Virus record (IMG/VR): IMGVR_UViG_3300028534_000024
Span: 1-64,000 of that record
DNA: 64,000 nucleotides
Strand: one strand, 5' to 3'
Source of the DNA: a virus
Taxonomy: Duplodnaviria > Caudoviricetes
The translations under genes and the position numbers were made by a program. Under the pieces are notes generated by a model. It ran no database searches. It saw only the letters and a program-made list of their open reading frames with translations, and was not told the origin of the DNA. The stretch's first letter is position 1. Each line of letters begins with the position of its first letter. Shown piece after piece: positions 1 to 8,718 of this stretch.

Positions 1-8
1 CATAGAAT

Positions 9-25
9 AAAAAAAAAAAAAAAAA
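9..25. repeat. poly(A)17 homopolymer tract
   Basis: Run of 17 A at window start, just beyond the terminator of the 62..1033 gene. Confidence 0.9.
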
Positions 26-50
26 TGATTGTAGGATTAGCCTATAAGCC

Positions 51-74
51 AAAGAGAGGGATTACCCCTCTTTT
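51..74 (-). terminator. Intrinsic terminator, possibly bidirectional
   Basis: AAAGAGAGGG-ATTA-CCCCTCTTTT hairpin overlapping the stop codon of 62..1033, A/T tracts on both sides. Confidence 0.65.
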
Positions 75-1033
75 GATGCATCAAGCTCCTTTTGAAGCTT
101 TTCTAGAAGCTCCTTCTTTTTAGCCTCCTCCTCTTTTTTATCCATAAGTGATTTTTGGTCTTTTAGATATTCAGCTTGCTCTTCAGCCGTTTTTCTCTTC
201 TTTAAAGCAGAACGGCTTATATACCCTTTATCCCAAAGCTTTAAAGCAAGTCTATATTGACTTAGGGTCAATCCCCAGTTTAACTGAAGTCTAGCCTCGT
301 ATGCCGATAAAATGACCTTCAATTCTGTAAAACTCTTTTCACTTTGAAGATGTTTTAGTAACTCTTGGGTATTCTCTTCACGACTGCCATTTAACCAACC
401 TTGCTCTCTTAATTCTACAATTTTTCTATTTAATAACACTTGAAGAGTATGCACTTGACTCTTAACATCAATTCCGAGAATTTTGCGTTTTTGTTTGGTT
501 ACATCTACTGTAACCTTTTGCTTGATGATGTGGTTATCATCATCAACACTTTGGAGAGATTTCTCCAACTCTTCCAATTTTTCAATCTCTTTTTGTTTCT
601 CACTCTCTAAATCACTAAGAGTTTGACGATATGCCTCCTCGTTTTTAATACGACGGTTGATTTTCTCAAACTCTTTGATGATAGAGTTTAACAAAGCCTT
701 GACAACTTCGCTCTCTTCATCATCAATAATCGACTGTATTTCAGTGATACAGTTAAGATTGTGATTGAAATCATCATTTGAGATTTCAAATCTACCTAAA
801 ATCAAATCCCTAAAATCGCTCTCAAGTTGTTTCTGCTCAGTAGCTAAAATATCAAGCTCAGCCTTAAGAGTTGTAATCTTAACCTTACTATCTTCTTTTT
901 TAATCTCTTCGTTTTTTGCTATTATAGCATCATTTTTAGAGATAATAGCATCTTTTTTCTCTTCATAAGACTTGAAAAAAGCCTTTAAAGATTTTATTTT
1001 TTGCTCCATTTTTTTTATTTGTGCATTTTGCAT
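62..1033 (-). CDS. Highly charged coiled-coil protein (323 aa), unknown function
   Basis: Long ORF rich in K/E/Q/L heptads; A-rich leader with AAGGA; terminator directly downstream. Confidence 0.8.
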   Translation of the reverse strand: MQNAQIKKMEQKIKSLKAFFKSYEEKKDAIISKNDAIIAKNEEIKKEDSKVKITTLKAELDILATEQKQLESDFRDLILGRFEISNDDFNHNLNCITEIQSIIDDEESEVVKALLNSIIKEFEKINRRIKNEEAYRQTLSDLESEKQKEIEKLEELEKSLQSVDDDNHIIKQKVTVDVTKQKRKILGIDVKSQVHTLQVLLNRKIVELREQGWLNGSREENTQELLKHLQSEKSFTELKVILSAYEARLQLNWGLTLSQYRLALKLWDKGYISRSALKKRKTAEEQAEYLKDQKSLMDKKEEEAKKKELLEKLQKELDASKEG

Positions 1034-1039
1034 AATTTT

Positions 1040-1965
1040 ATTCTTTATTTTTTTTTTTTTGTTATTCCTTAAAATAACATTTACATACTTTATAAATAAA
1101 GCATATAAATATCATCTTAGATACACTTAATACCTACATATTAAGTGTATCTTTACTTATTTAAGATTGTAGGCAATTATATCTCACCTTAAATTTTAAG
1201 AAGGTACTCACCTGTGTATTGCCCCACTTTTCTTTGGGTTTTCCCTACTCGTATCAAGTAGCATACTAAACAATCTATATTAAATAGATTGCTGTTCATC
1301 TTGCATACTGCTAATATACAAGGATAGGCTCTTCACCTATCACCCCTGATACAATTTAACATACATATTAAGTTATTCTTATTATAGTTTTTACCCTGTT
1401 CGTCCAAAATAGACTTACAGAAACTTTTTAAAATAACTTAACATTTTGTTGTTAATGAACCTGTGTTCATTTACTTATTCGTTGCTATATCGTTACTAAC
1501 ACTCAAAAAGAGTGTCTTCACATTAGCATTACATTTGTCTCGGATAGATACTCACTCAAACACTTACATACCCTTACATCGTTTTCAGTGTATAGCCTAC
1601 TCACTTATAAGAAACTTTTTTACACTCTTTAAATTATCAACATCGATTTACCCCTATACTAGTAAATCAACTCCTTTTTAAAGGAACACAAAAAGCTATG
1701 CTGTATATGTCCTGTTGTTTCATATCTACTTTTACTAAGCTTACTTATTAACTAATCCAACTGCTTTAACAGTGTCTAGCTAATAGAGGTAATTTAAGGT
1801 ATTACCACTTAGTCCTTAACAAAATAATAAGTAAATGAACACGAGCTATAAAAGCTCATACCGTATTATAGCCACTTACTCTTAATCTAACCTTATTCCA
1901 ACTCGAAATAAGGAAAAAAATAAGTGACCTAACACGGCTTTAGATAGGCTTGTTATCGTCTATCT
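1040..1965 (-). ncRNA. Candidate large structured non-coding RNA or leader (~900 nt)
   Basis: Consensus promoter upstream; no minus-strand ORF of 60 aa or more; many hairpins, nested helices with G-U pairs, and a perfect 17-bp long-range helix 1463-1479/1826-1842. Confidence 0.6.
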
Positions 1966-1971
1966 GATGCA

Positions 1972-2000
1972 ATTATAGCTACTTTTTAGATGTATGTCAA
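1972..2000 (-). promoter_or_regulatory. sigma70-type promoter TTGACA-N17-TATAAT
   Basis: Perfect consensus hexamers (tgtcaa 1995-2000, attata 1972-1977 on + strand). Confidence 0.85.
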
Positions 2001-2100
2001 GTCTTTTTAGTAATTTTTTCTAAAATTTTTTAATTTTTTATTCGTTACTTGCTTATGCTTACATTATATATAGCAAATCATCTGCTCAGATAAGCAAGTG

Positions 2101-2225
2101 TTTGCCCTGTGGGTTGCCCTGTCAGTTTGCCCTGTGGGTTGCCCTGTCAGTTTGCCCTGTGGGTTGCCCTGTCAGTTTGCCCTGTGGGTTGCCCTGTCAG
2201 TTTGCCCTGTGGGTTGCCCTATCAA
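2101..2225. repeat. Tandem array 5 x 25 bp (TTTGCCCTGTGGGTTGCCCTGTCAG), last copy diverged
   Basis: Read directly; each unit contains TTGCCCTGT twice; GC-rich in an AT-rich genome. Confidence 0.95.
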
Positions 2226-2229
2226 TCCA

Positions 2230-2295
2230 TCTTATGATGCCTTATTAGTTATTGTTATGTTACCCATTAAGCTAAACTAATAAGGCATCATAAGA
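2230..2295. repeat. Perfect 21-bp inverted repeat with 24-nt spacer
   Basis: TCTTATGATGCCTTATTAGTT (2230-2250) / AACTAATAAGGCATCATAAGA (2275-2295). Confidence 0.95.
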
Positions 2296-2299
2296 GTAG

Positions 2300-2425
2300 C
2301 TTATAGATGTACCACTGTTTATCTTATAGATGTACCACTGTTTATCTTATAGATGTACCACTGTTTATCTTATAGTTACCTATTAGTTTATCTTATAGTT
2401 ACCTATTAGTTTATCTTATAGTTAC
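2300..2425. repeat. Tandem array of 23-bp units (3 x CTTATAGATGTACCACTGTTTAT, 2 x CTTATAGTTACCTATTAGTTTAT, plus a partial)
   Basis: Read directly; constant TTTATCTTATAG core recurs every 23 bp. Confidence 0.95.
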
Positions 2426-2543
2426 TTTGAGTAACACCATAGCACCTTTGAGTTACTTTTATGTTTACTTTCAGGTGTCTTTAAGCTAACTTTTGGTAGA
2501 GGGGGTGGGGTCATATCTGTTACTTTTGTGTTGGCTTTTAGTA

Positions 2544-2727
2544 AACCTAACTTATACAAAACTGAATTTCGGGACTGCTTTTAGAATAAAAGAATAACTC
2601 AAGTGATGTATTTATGGATACTTATGGGATGTACTGTTATAGGTATATTCTATGGCCGTGTATAATAAGTAAAGCCATAACCTAACTTATACAAAACGGA
2701 ATTTTGGGACTGCTTTTAGAATAAAAG
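2544..2727. repeat. 49-bp direct repeat, two copies (2544-2592, 2679-2727), 2 mismatches
   Basis: AACCTAACTTATACAAAAC[T/G]GAATTT[C/T]GGGACTGCTTTTAGAATAAAAG. Confidence 0.9.
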
Positions 2728-2897
2728 GACATCTAAAGGGGTGTATTTGTGGGGGCTTAGGGGTTATATTTATGTACTTTTATAAGCATCTCAAGTGATG
2801 TATTTGTGAATACTTAGGGCATATACTTATAAGTAACATAAAGATACTTTCGTGATGTATTTAATGGTATTGATAAGGAAGAACCATAAGTTATGTT

Positions 2898-4703
2898 TTA
2901 TGGTTCATATATAGGCTTTGAAGGAAGTTTGAAGTGAGTGAAAAGAGGTTTTATATTAGGGGATACTTTCGTGATGTACTCATAAAGTGGTATATCTATC
3001 TCTTTAAGTGTTAAATGATTATAGATATGTATTGAGAAATCATTAAGTGAATCATCTGTTTGGTCTATGTAAATTGTATATATGTCCTTAAATGTCTGTG
3101 ATGTTTTGTATAGATAGTCGTACTTAGTTGTTGTTTTAACTTTATCTTTAAAAGTAGTAAGTTCATTTTCAAAAGACTCTAGTGATGTATCCATAAGAGT
3201 AAAAGGGTATACCATAGGAAACTTATTATGTTTCTTCGGTTTCCGATGTTGTAAATGGGAAACTATTGGTGATACCTTAAGTGTTATATGAGGACACTCT
3301 AGTGTTGTATCTTTGGAAAGTAATGTATTACATTTAGGGCATACTATTGCTAACTTAATTTCTCTATTTCTATCTGCTACTTCTGAGATTGTGCATTTAG
3401 GTATGACATTATCTCTTTTTAAAGATTGTTGAATATTATTTCTTAAGTCGTCATCTGGTATGAAATTAAGAACATTATGTTTATTAAAAAGCTTAGCATT
3501 AAATGCTCTCTCATAAAAGTGTGGTTTAGTTATTTTATGATATGTATAAGTGATATATTCATTGTTATCTTTATTAAAGAATGATTTATATTTTTCTTGT
3601 CCTTTTAAATGATCCTTATAGACTATCGTTGAAGTGATATTAGTCTTTGGATTAAAGAATGAATATTTCTTAGTTGGTGTATGAAATAATTTATTAAGTA
3701 CAACATTTAAGTTTGTTGATAAAAATAAAGGTAAGGATAAAAATACATTTCTTTTATCCTCAAGGGATGGATGTTTATCATAAACTTCATCGGTTAAGTA
3801 TGAGGATGAATAGTATGTTAATAATTTATTTGAAATCAAAGTATAAAGCTTACTTGTATGAAAATTAAACTTCTGATAAAGTGATGGTATATTAAGCTTA
3901 ATTGCTCCATACCCTGTCTCTACATACTTAAAGAATGGTAGTGAATGGTAATTCTTAAAAGGTAACTTTCGTGATGTACTATTAAGGTTATCTACTTCAC
4001 TTTGTGTTAATAAACATTTCGCTTCCCCATTAATTCCAGTATTGACTTCATCGATATTGCAGTTCGCTTGGATAGTTGTTGTAGGTAACTGTACCGATGT
4101 TTCTTTATCTTCCTCTTTAAGGTGTTTGGAGATATGAGTCTCAATATCCTTGAGAATGGCTTGTTCTGTTTTAGAAATCCGAAGTAACTCCTTATTGGTT
4201 GAGATATTAAAGTCATCGTCATGGTTATCTTTTAAGTTAGTATATCTTGTATCTTCGGGTTCATCATTTGATGGGTATCCCATAAGTTCATTTATGTGAC
4301 TATCAGATAAATATCGTGATGTATCTGTTATCATAACCATTGGTATAGATGGAAGTAATGTATGTTGTGTCTGGTCATGTATATCCTTAAGTTGTTTTAT
4401 ACTTAAGTTTAATATATGTGCAAGCACTTCTTGTGGTACTGTATAGTAGCAAGCATGGATCAGTGCTATTTCTGTGTCTGTTATTGCAGGTCTTAAATTG
4501 TCTTTTGTTAAATTAGGAGGTGATTTCCTTGTTTGTTTATTATTAAGTTTAACTTGTTCATACATTTGAGACGTAGGTAAATCAGCAGGTAATCCCTGAA
4601 AAGTACCTATCTCTTTAACTTGCCTTACTTTTTCCTGTTCTTCGTTATAGAACATATCAGATATGTATAAAGTATCGGATATAGTATTATTTTGTGTATC
4701 CAT
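2898..4703 (-). CDS. Unknown 601-aa protein with possible HTH segments and a CPKC...CPH zinc-ribbon motif
   Basis: Long ORF with AGGA RBS; motifs read by eye. Confidence 0.7.
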   Translation of the reverse strand: MDTQNNTISDTLYISDMFYNEEQEKVRQVKEIGTFQGLPADLPTSQMYEQVKLNNKQTRKSPPNLTKDNLRPAITDTEIALIHACYYTVPQEVLAHILNLSIKQLKDIHDQTQHTLLPSIPMVMITDTSRYLSDSHINELMGYPSNDEPEDTRYTNLKDNHDDDFNISTNKELLRISKTEQAILKDIETHISKHLKEEDKETSVQLPTTTIQANCNIDEVNTGINGEAKCLLTQSEVDNLNSTSRKLPFKNYHSLPFFKYVETGYGAIKLNIPSLYQKFNFHTSKLYTLISNKLLTYYSSSYLTDEVYDKHPSLEDKRNVFLSLPLFLSTNLNVVLNKLFHTPTKKYSFFNPKTNITSTIVYKDHLKGQEKYKSFFNKDNNEYITYTYHKITKPHFYERAFNAKLFNKHNVLNFIPDDDLRNNIQQSLKRDNVIPKCTISEVADRNREIKLAIVCPKCNTLLSKDTTLECPHITLKVSPIVSHLQHRKPKKHNKFPMVYPFTLMDTSLESFENELTTFKDKVKTTTKYDYLYKTSQTFKDIYTIYIDQTDDSLNDFSIHIYNHLTLKEIDIPLYEYITKVSPNIKPLFTHFKLPSKPIYEP

Positions 4704-4732
4704 ATGTATCCTCGTGTAGTTTAAATTATGTA

Positions 4733-5161
4733 TTATATATCATCTTTCAGTAGCTTTAAGAAATCTAAAATATCAAGTTTATATTCTTTATCAAATAATT
4801 TAAAATTAATAAGATTATCTTTATATGTTACCTCTAATATTTCAGCATAAATTGATTTTAAGAAATCAACATCATTTGTAGTTAAAAGTGTTGAATCTAT
4901 AAATGTTATGTCATACTGTGGTGATGTATTTATTGCTTCTGATATAGAAAAGACAAGTGGCTTTGTTAAGTTCTGTTCATTAACTATATCTACCATTAAA
5001 GAAGCAAGTTGTTCATCCTCAAACATATCTTCATATATCTTATCAATATTGTGATAGGTATCATTGAGGAAGTCTTTTGGATTTAGATATTGATGTATAT
5101 TTGAATTGTTAAGTATAATTGATGGGATATTCCCAAAGTCTGATTTTATTAAAATTATCAT
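4733..5161 (-). CDS. Hypothetical protein
   Basis: ORF with AAGGA RBS in the terminase operon. Confidence 0.7.
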   Translation of the reverse strand: MIILIKSDFGNIPSIILNNSNIHQYLNPKDFLNDTYHNIDKIYEDMFEDEQLASLMVDIVNEQNLTKPLVFSISEAINTSPQYDITFIDSTLLTTNDVDFLKSIYAEILEVTYKDNLINFKLFDKEYKLDILDFLKLLKDDI

Positions 5162-5261
5162 ATGTTTCCTTGTATTATTGTTGAATTAAATATTATAATT
5201 AGCTTGAAAGGAAATAAATGGATCCTTCAAGCGATTCTTGAGATGAAACCTATATGTATTC

Positions 5262-6704
5262 TTAAGTTTCATCTTCTAATTGCGTTTCAGGTAAGTTCCA
5301 GAAACGCTTAAGTGATGCAACCAAGTAACGGAATGCATGTGCTACATCATAGTGGTGACCTTTAACTCTCACAAAAGGGTCTCCTGATGAAGAAGCTGAA
5401 AGCTGTGATGCAACTGTTTCTTTAAATGCTAATGTTTCTAATTGTTCAATTAAAGTGTTGGAGTCAAATGGAATAAATATTAAATTATCTTTAAATAATT
5501 TATTAATATCATCAACTCCAGCTTTTATCTTATTAAATGCAGGTAGATTTTCTACATCATAATCATTAGCTAAATCAAATCTCGTTAAGGCTGCCGATGG
5601 GTCAATGTAAATAGCACCATCTGAGAAGTCTAATGTGATGTCATCGTGGTTTTCCCATTTATCGATCATAGAGGATAGGTTCTTAGCTATCTCATCTGTT
5701 GTCATTAAGTTAGAATGAAAGGTATCTAATATGAATAACTTATTCTCTATTATTGTGCCTACTACGAAAGCTGTACTATCCACTAACCCTACATCTACCC
5801 CTATAAATCCTTGAAATGTTATTGATTTATCTAATTTCTTAAATAAATCTACTTGGTCATATAAATGTGTTTCTTTATTAAATCTAGGGAACACATTGGT
5901 CGCAGATGCGTGTATAAATTCACCCAAATATTCTGTCCTCCAAATATCAGGTTCAGTTGTCTTAATGATAGCATTAATTATATCTTCATTAACAAGTGGC
6001 GAATCATATATATTATAATTGTAGGATATATAACCATCTGGGGATATATATCCATCATTTCTTTCGTGCAGATGTCTTTCCATAATAGGAGGTAGTCCTT
6101 TAAGATAGTCTTTATGGAAGTCTGATCCAATAGTACGAGGTGATGACACTTTGATAACCTTAGAGACAAACTGTTTGGTATCCTCGTAAGTACCATAGTC
6201 AATCCTCATCGGGAGAAGTGCTTGTTCCATAAAGTCAGCATAGTTGAACGTCCCCGCCTCATCCACTAGTAGTAGAGAACTTTTCGCCCCGAGCAAGTTC
6301 TCTGTTTGGGAATTAACTGCACATCTTAGATGTGATTGTCCTATAGTTAATGAATATGTATTAGAATTTATTTTATCTGGTTTAATTCCTAGTAATCTTA
6401 AATTCTTAACGATCTCATTGAAGTTAGCTGTTAAGGATTTTGATGATTTAGATACTAATATTACTGAACTATATGGTTTAAGTAATTCAAAACATACTAT
6501 AATAGAAATAGTGAATGTCTTTCCTGATCTACGAGATGCACATAGTGTCATATAAGACCACTGATCCAGTCTCTCATCAAAATCTCTTATAATAGATTGC
6601 TGCATTGGTGTAGGTGTAACATCTAAGGCATTAAATAATTTACCTAATGCCACAAGTGATGATGCTTCTCTATATTGTTGCGTTTCTTTATTAATAATTT
6701 TCAA
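5262..6704 (-). CDS. terL: Terminase large subunit (TTG start)
   Basis: Walker A ASRRSGKT, Walker B LLLVDEAG, coupling motif VSSP, RNase H-like GVDVGLVDST and terminal HYDVAHAFRY. Confidence 0.92.
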   Translation of the reverse strand: MKIINKETQQYREASSLVALGKLFNALDVTPTPMQQSIIRDFDERLDQWSYMTLCASRRSGKTFTISIIVCFELLKPYSSVILVSKSSKSLTANFNEIVKNLRLLGIKPDKINSNTYSLTIGQSHLRCAVNSQTENLLGAKSSLLLVDEAGTFNYADFMEQALLPMRIDYGTYEDTKQFVSKVIKVSSPRTIGSDFHKDYLKGLPPIMERHLHERNDGYISPDGYISYNYNIYDSPLVNEDIINAIIKTTEPDIWRTEYLGEFIHASATNVFPRFNKETHLYDQVDLFKKLDKSITFQGFIGVDVGLVDSTAFVVGTIIENKLFILDTFHSNLMTTDEIAKNLSSMIDKWENHDDITLDFSDGAIYIDPSAALTRFDLANDYDVENLPAFNKIKAGVDDINKLFKDNLIFIPFDSNTLIEQLETLAFKETVASQLSASSSGDPFVRVKGHHYDVAHAFRYLVASLKRFWNLPETQLEDET

Positions 6705-6705
6705 G

Positions 6706-7233
6706 TTAGTCCTTCTTAATAAGATTTAAGATATTAACTACTTGATTATCTTTAGTACCTAACTCAGCTTTTTCTCTTTCTTTCTGTATTTGATCTAGTG
6801 CCATTATTAAGTCAAGTGTATCTTTATTAGAAAGTGATGACATATCTTCATTTTCATCAAGATTATTAAGTCTTGATTCAACAATCTGTGCTATTAAATC
6901 TTCTCTATTCTGTTTCTCTTTAATAGTAATCTCTTTAAGGTAGTCTGATATAAATTCCCTTACATGTTTTCTATTTCTAATTAACTTAACAGTTGCTAAA
7001 TCTAAATCTAATTTAGTAGCTATTGCTTTAAATGAAATACCATTGACAACTGCCATTGCAACTTCTTTCTCTATAGGCTGTAATATCTTTAATTGTTCGA
7101 TAGCTTCGTCCATCTCTTCTGTGTAGGTCTTCATTGGGGAAGTATCCATACCAATAAGCATATTATCTATAACTTCTGTGGATATATTATCTTTCTTGAT
7201 ATCATCACCAAGTTTATTAGGTTCATAATTCAT
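6706..7233 (-). CDS. Probable terminase small subunit
   Basis: Directly upstream of terL; N-terminal HTH-like segment (ISFKAIATKLDLDLATVKLIRN) and helical oligomerisation-like C-terminus. Confidence 0.6.
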   Translation of the reverse strand: MNYEPNKLGDDIKKDNISTEVIDNMLIGMDTSPMKTYTEEMDEAIEQLKILQPIEKEVAMAVVNGISFKAIATKLDLDLATVKLIRNRKHVREFISDYLKEITIKEKQNREDLIAQIVESRLNNLDENEDMSSLSNKDTLDLIMALDQIQKEREKAELGTKDNQVVNILNLIKKD

Positions 7234-7294
7234 ATGTATCCTTTATATAATTTGTATTTGATTTATCATTAATGTCACGGTAACCTTAATGGCT

Positions 7295-7352
7295 AACTTA
7301 AGAAAATACTTATAAAACAACTTAACTTATGAACTTAAGAAAATACTTATAA
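7295..7352. repeat. 21-bp direct repeat AACTTAAGAAAATACTTATAA x2
   Basis: Copies at 7295-7315 and 7332-7352, upstream of terS. Confidence 0.85.
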
Positions 7353-7389
7353 GATGTCTTAAATGATACTACCATGATGGATGTATAAG

Positions 7390-8190
7390 TTACATTTGAA
7401 TATAACCACCAAATACTAATTTTGATAGATAAGGTTGTATCATTGATTCATAGTAATCTCTAACAGATGGATCCAATATAACCTCATCTTTATCTATACT
7501 TGTCACTACTTTTGACTTTTTTATTATTTTTGTAGTCGTATTAATATCTCTTAAATAGGATAAATGTGAACTTCTTGCAATGTATTTATATAGAGAATGT
7601 ATTTTATCTTTATTTATCATATTTAATATTTTAATTTTACTATTTTGTTTATTATATGGTGGAATGTATCCATTAAGTCCACCAATTAACGCTCTCTGAA
7701 TAATATATGTTTGAAAATATGTATACTCATCGTTATTTGTACATATATGTTTACCATTATGTATACTTTTAATTATTTTATCGAATTCTTTAAATATACA
7801 TTCAGTATTACAATTAAGAGAACATCTCATGAATATAGCTATATCTTCTGGGAAGTGTATTAAGAACTTATCGTTACCATCTTTATCATATAATAATTCT
7901 TTAGGTATCAATGGTGGTATAGTTGGTTGTGATATTTTAGCTATTTTAACTTTATGTTCATACGCTATATTTAAAATATAATCTAAAGATTCATACTTCA
8001 TAAATGGTTCATTAAATACACTCTCCGTATGTTTAACCGATAGTGTACCTACAACTTTTATGTCTTTAATATGTGAATAGCACCATATACTATATTTAAT
8101 TGATTTATAAATAGGGTATAATACAATACCATCCCCATCGTCTACTAATAAAAATTTATGAAAAGTTTTATATAAAATTATATCTGACAT
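7390..8190 (-). CDS. Hypothetical protein (266 aa)
   Basis: ORF with RBS (GAGGA) behind a consensus promoter. Confidence 0.7.
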   Translation of the reverse strand: MSDIILYKTFHKFLLVDDGDGIVLYPIYKSIKYSIWCYSHIKDIKVVGTLSVKHTESVFNEPFMKYESLDYILNIAYEHKVKIAKISQPTIPPLIPKELLYDKDGNDKFLIHFPEDIAIFMRCSLNCNTECIFKEFDKIIKSIHNGKHICTNNDEYTYFQTYIIQRALIGGLNGYIPPYNKQNSKIKILNMINKDKIHSLYKYIARSSHLSYLRDINTTTKIIKKSKVVTSIDKDEVILDPSVRDYYESMIQPYLSKLVFGGYIQM

Positions 8191-8219
8191 TATATTCCTC
8201 TTATTTCTTTATATATGGT

Positions 8220-8249
8220 ATTATATCATACTTTATAGTCATTTGTCAA
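8220..8249 (-). promoter_or_regulatory. sigma70-type promoter TTGACA-N18-TATAAT (TGn extended -10)
   Basis: Consensus hexamers read directly. Confidence 0.75.
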
Positions 8250-8346
8250 GTATTTCTGAAATTTATCTTAAATTTTATGTAAAAACCCTTTTTAAATTTT
8301 ATATAAATATAGCTATAAGTAGTAATTATTAAGTTATACTATAGTG

Positions 8347-8440
8347 ATAGGACTATCGTCCTATATATTGTGAACCTTTCGGTTCGTATTCGATATTATA
8401 CCATAAAAGTTATGTTTTGTCAAGTCTTTTTTGAAATTTC
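8347..8440 (-). repeat. Partial copy A of the promoter + twin-hairpin element
   Basis: TTGACA-N17-TATAAT then GAACC-GAAA-GGTTC and ATAGGAC-GATA-GTCCTAT; matches copies at 34.3, 44.5 and 62.5 kb. Confidence 0.9.
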
Positions 8441-8574
8441 TTTAAATTTTTTACATATTTGTCAAGTTTTTTAATAAATTTCACTAAAATTAGTACAAAA
8501 AGATAGTATTTATACCTAATATAATATAAATATAACAGAAAAATAACAAAATAGTATAAAATTTATATGCTATC

Positions 8575-8588
8575 GTGACACTAAGGTC
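8575..8588 (+). promoter_or_regulatory. Candidate late-promoter motif GTGACACTAAGGTC
   Basis: Identical 14-mer also at 14888-14901; both precede structural operons. Confidence 0.5.
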
Positions 8589-8629
8589 GCCGTTGCCATA
8601 GGCAAATGTGTATCCTTTCTTTTATGATT

Positions 8630-8650
8630 GGAGGGATTGACCCTCCTTTC
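8630..8650 (+). terminator. Terminator-like hairpin in the portal leader
   Basis: GGAGGG-ATTGA-CCCTCC-TTT. Confidence 0.45.
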
Positions 8651-8718
8651 ATACTAAGGGTACAATGTATATAATAGCTAAATATACATTACATTTTCTA
8701 TGGTAGAAATATGAAAGG

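Noticed and set aside
1463-1681. 72-aa plus-strand ORF
   Set aside because: Antisense to the promoter-driven structured region; no RBS or promoter
2098-2280. 60-aa ORF MFALWVALSVCPVGC...
   Set aside because: Translation of the tandem repeat, no RBS
2101-2425. CRISPR array interpretation of the 25-bp and 23-bp repeats
   Set aside because: Units are contiguous with no unique spacers, and no cas genes are present
8575-8583. SP6 phage promoter similarity (GTGACACTA)
   Set aside because: Only 9 nt match, flanks differ, and no single-subunit RNA polymerase is in the window
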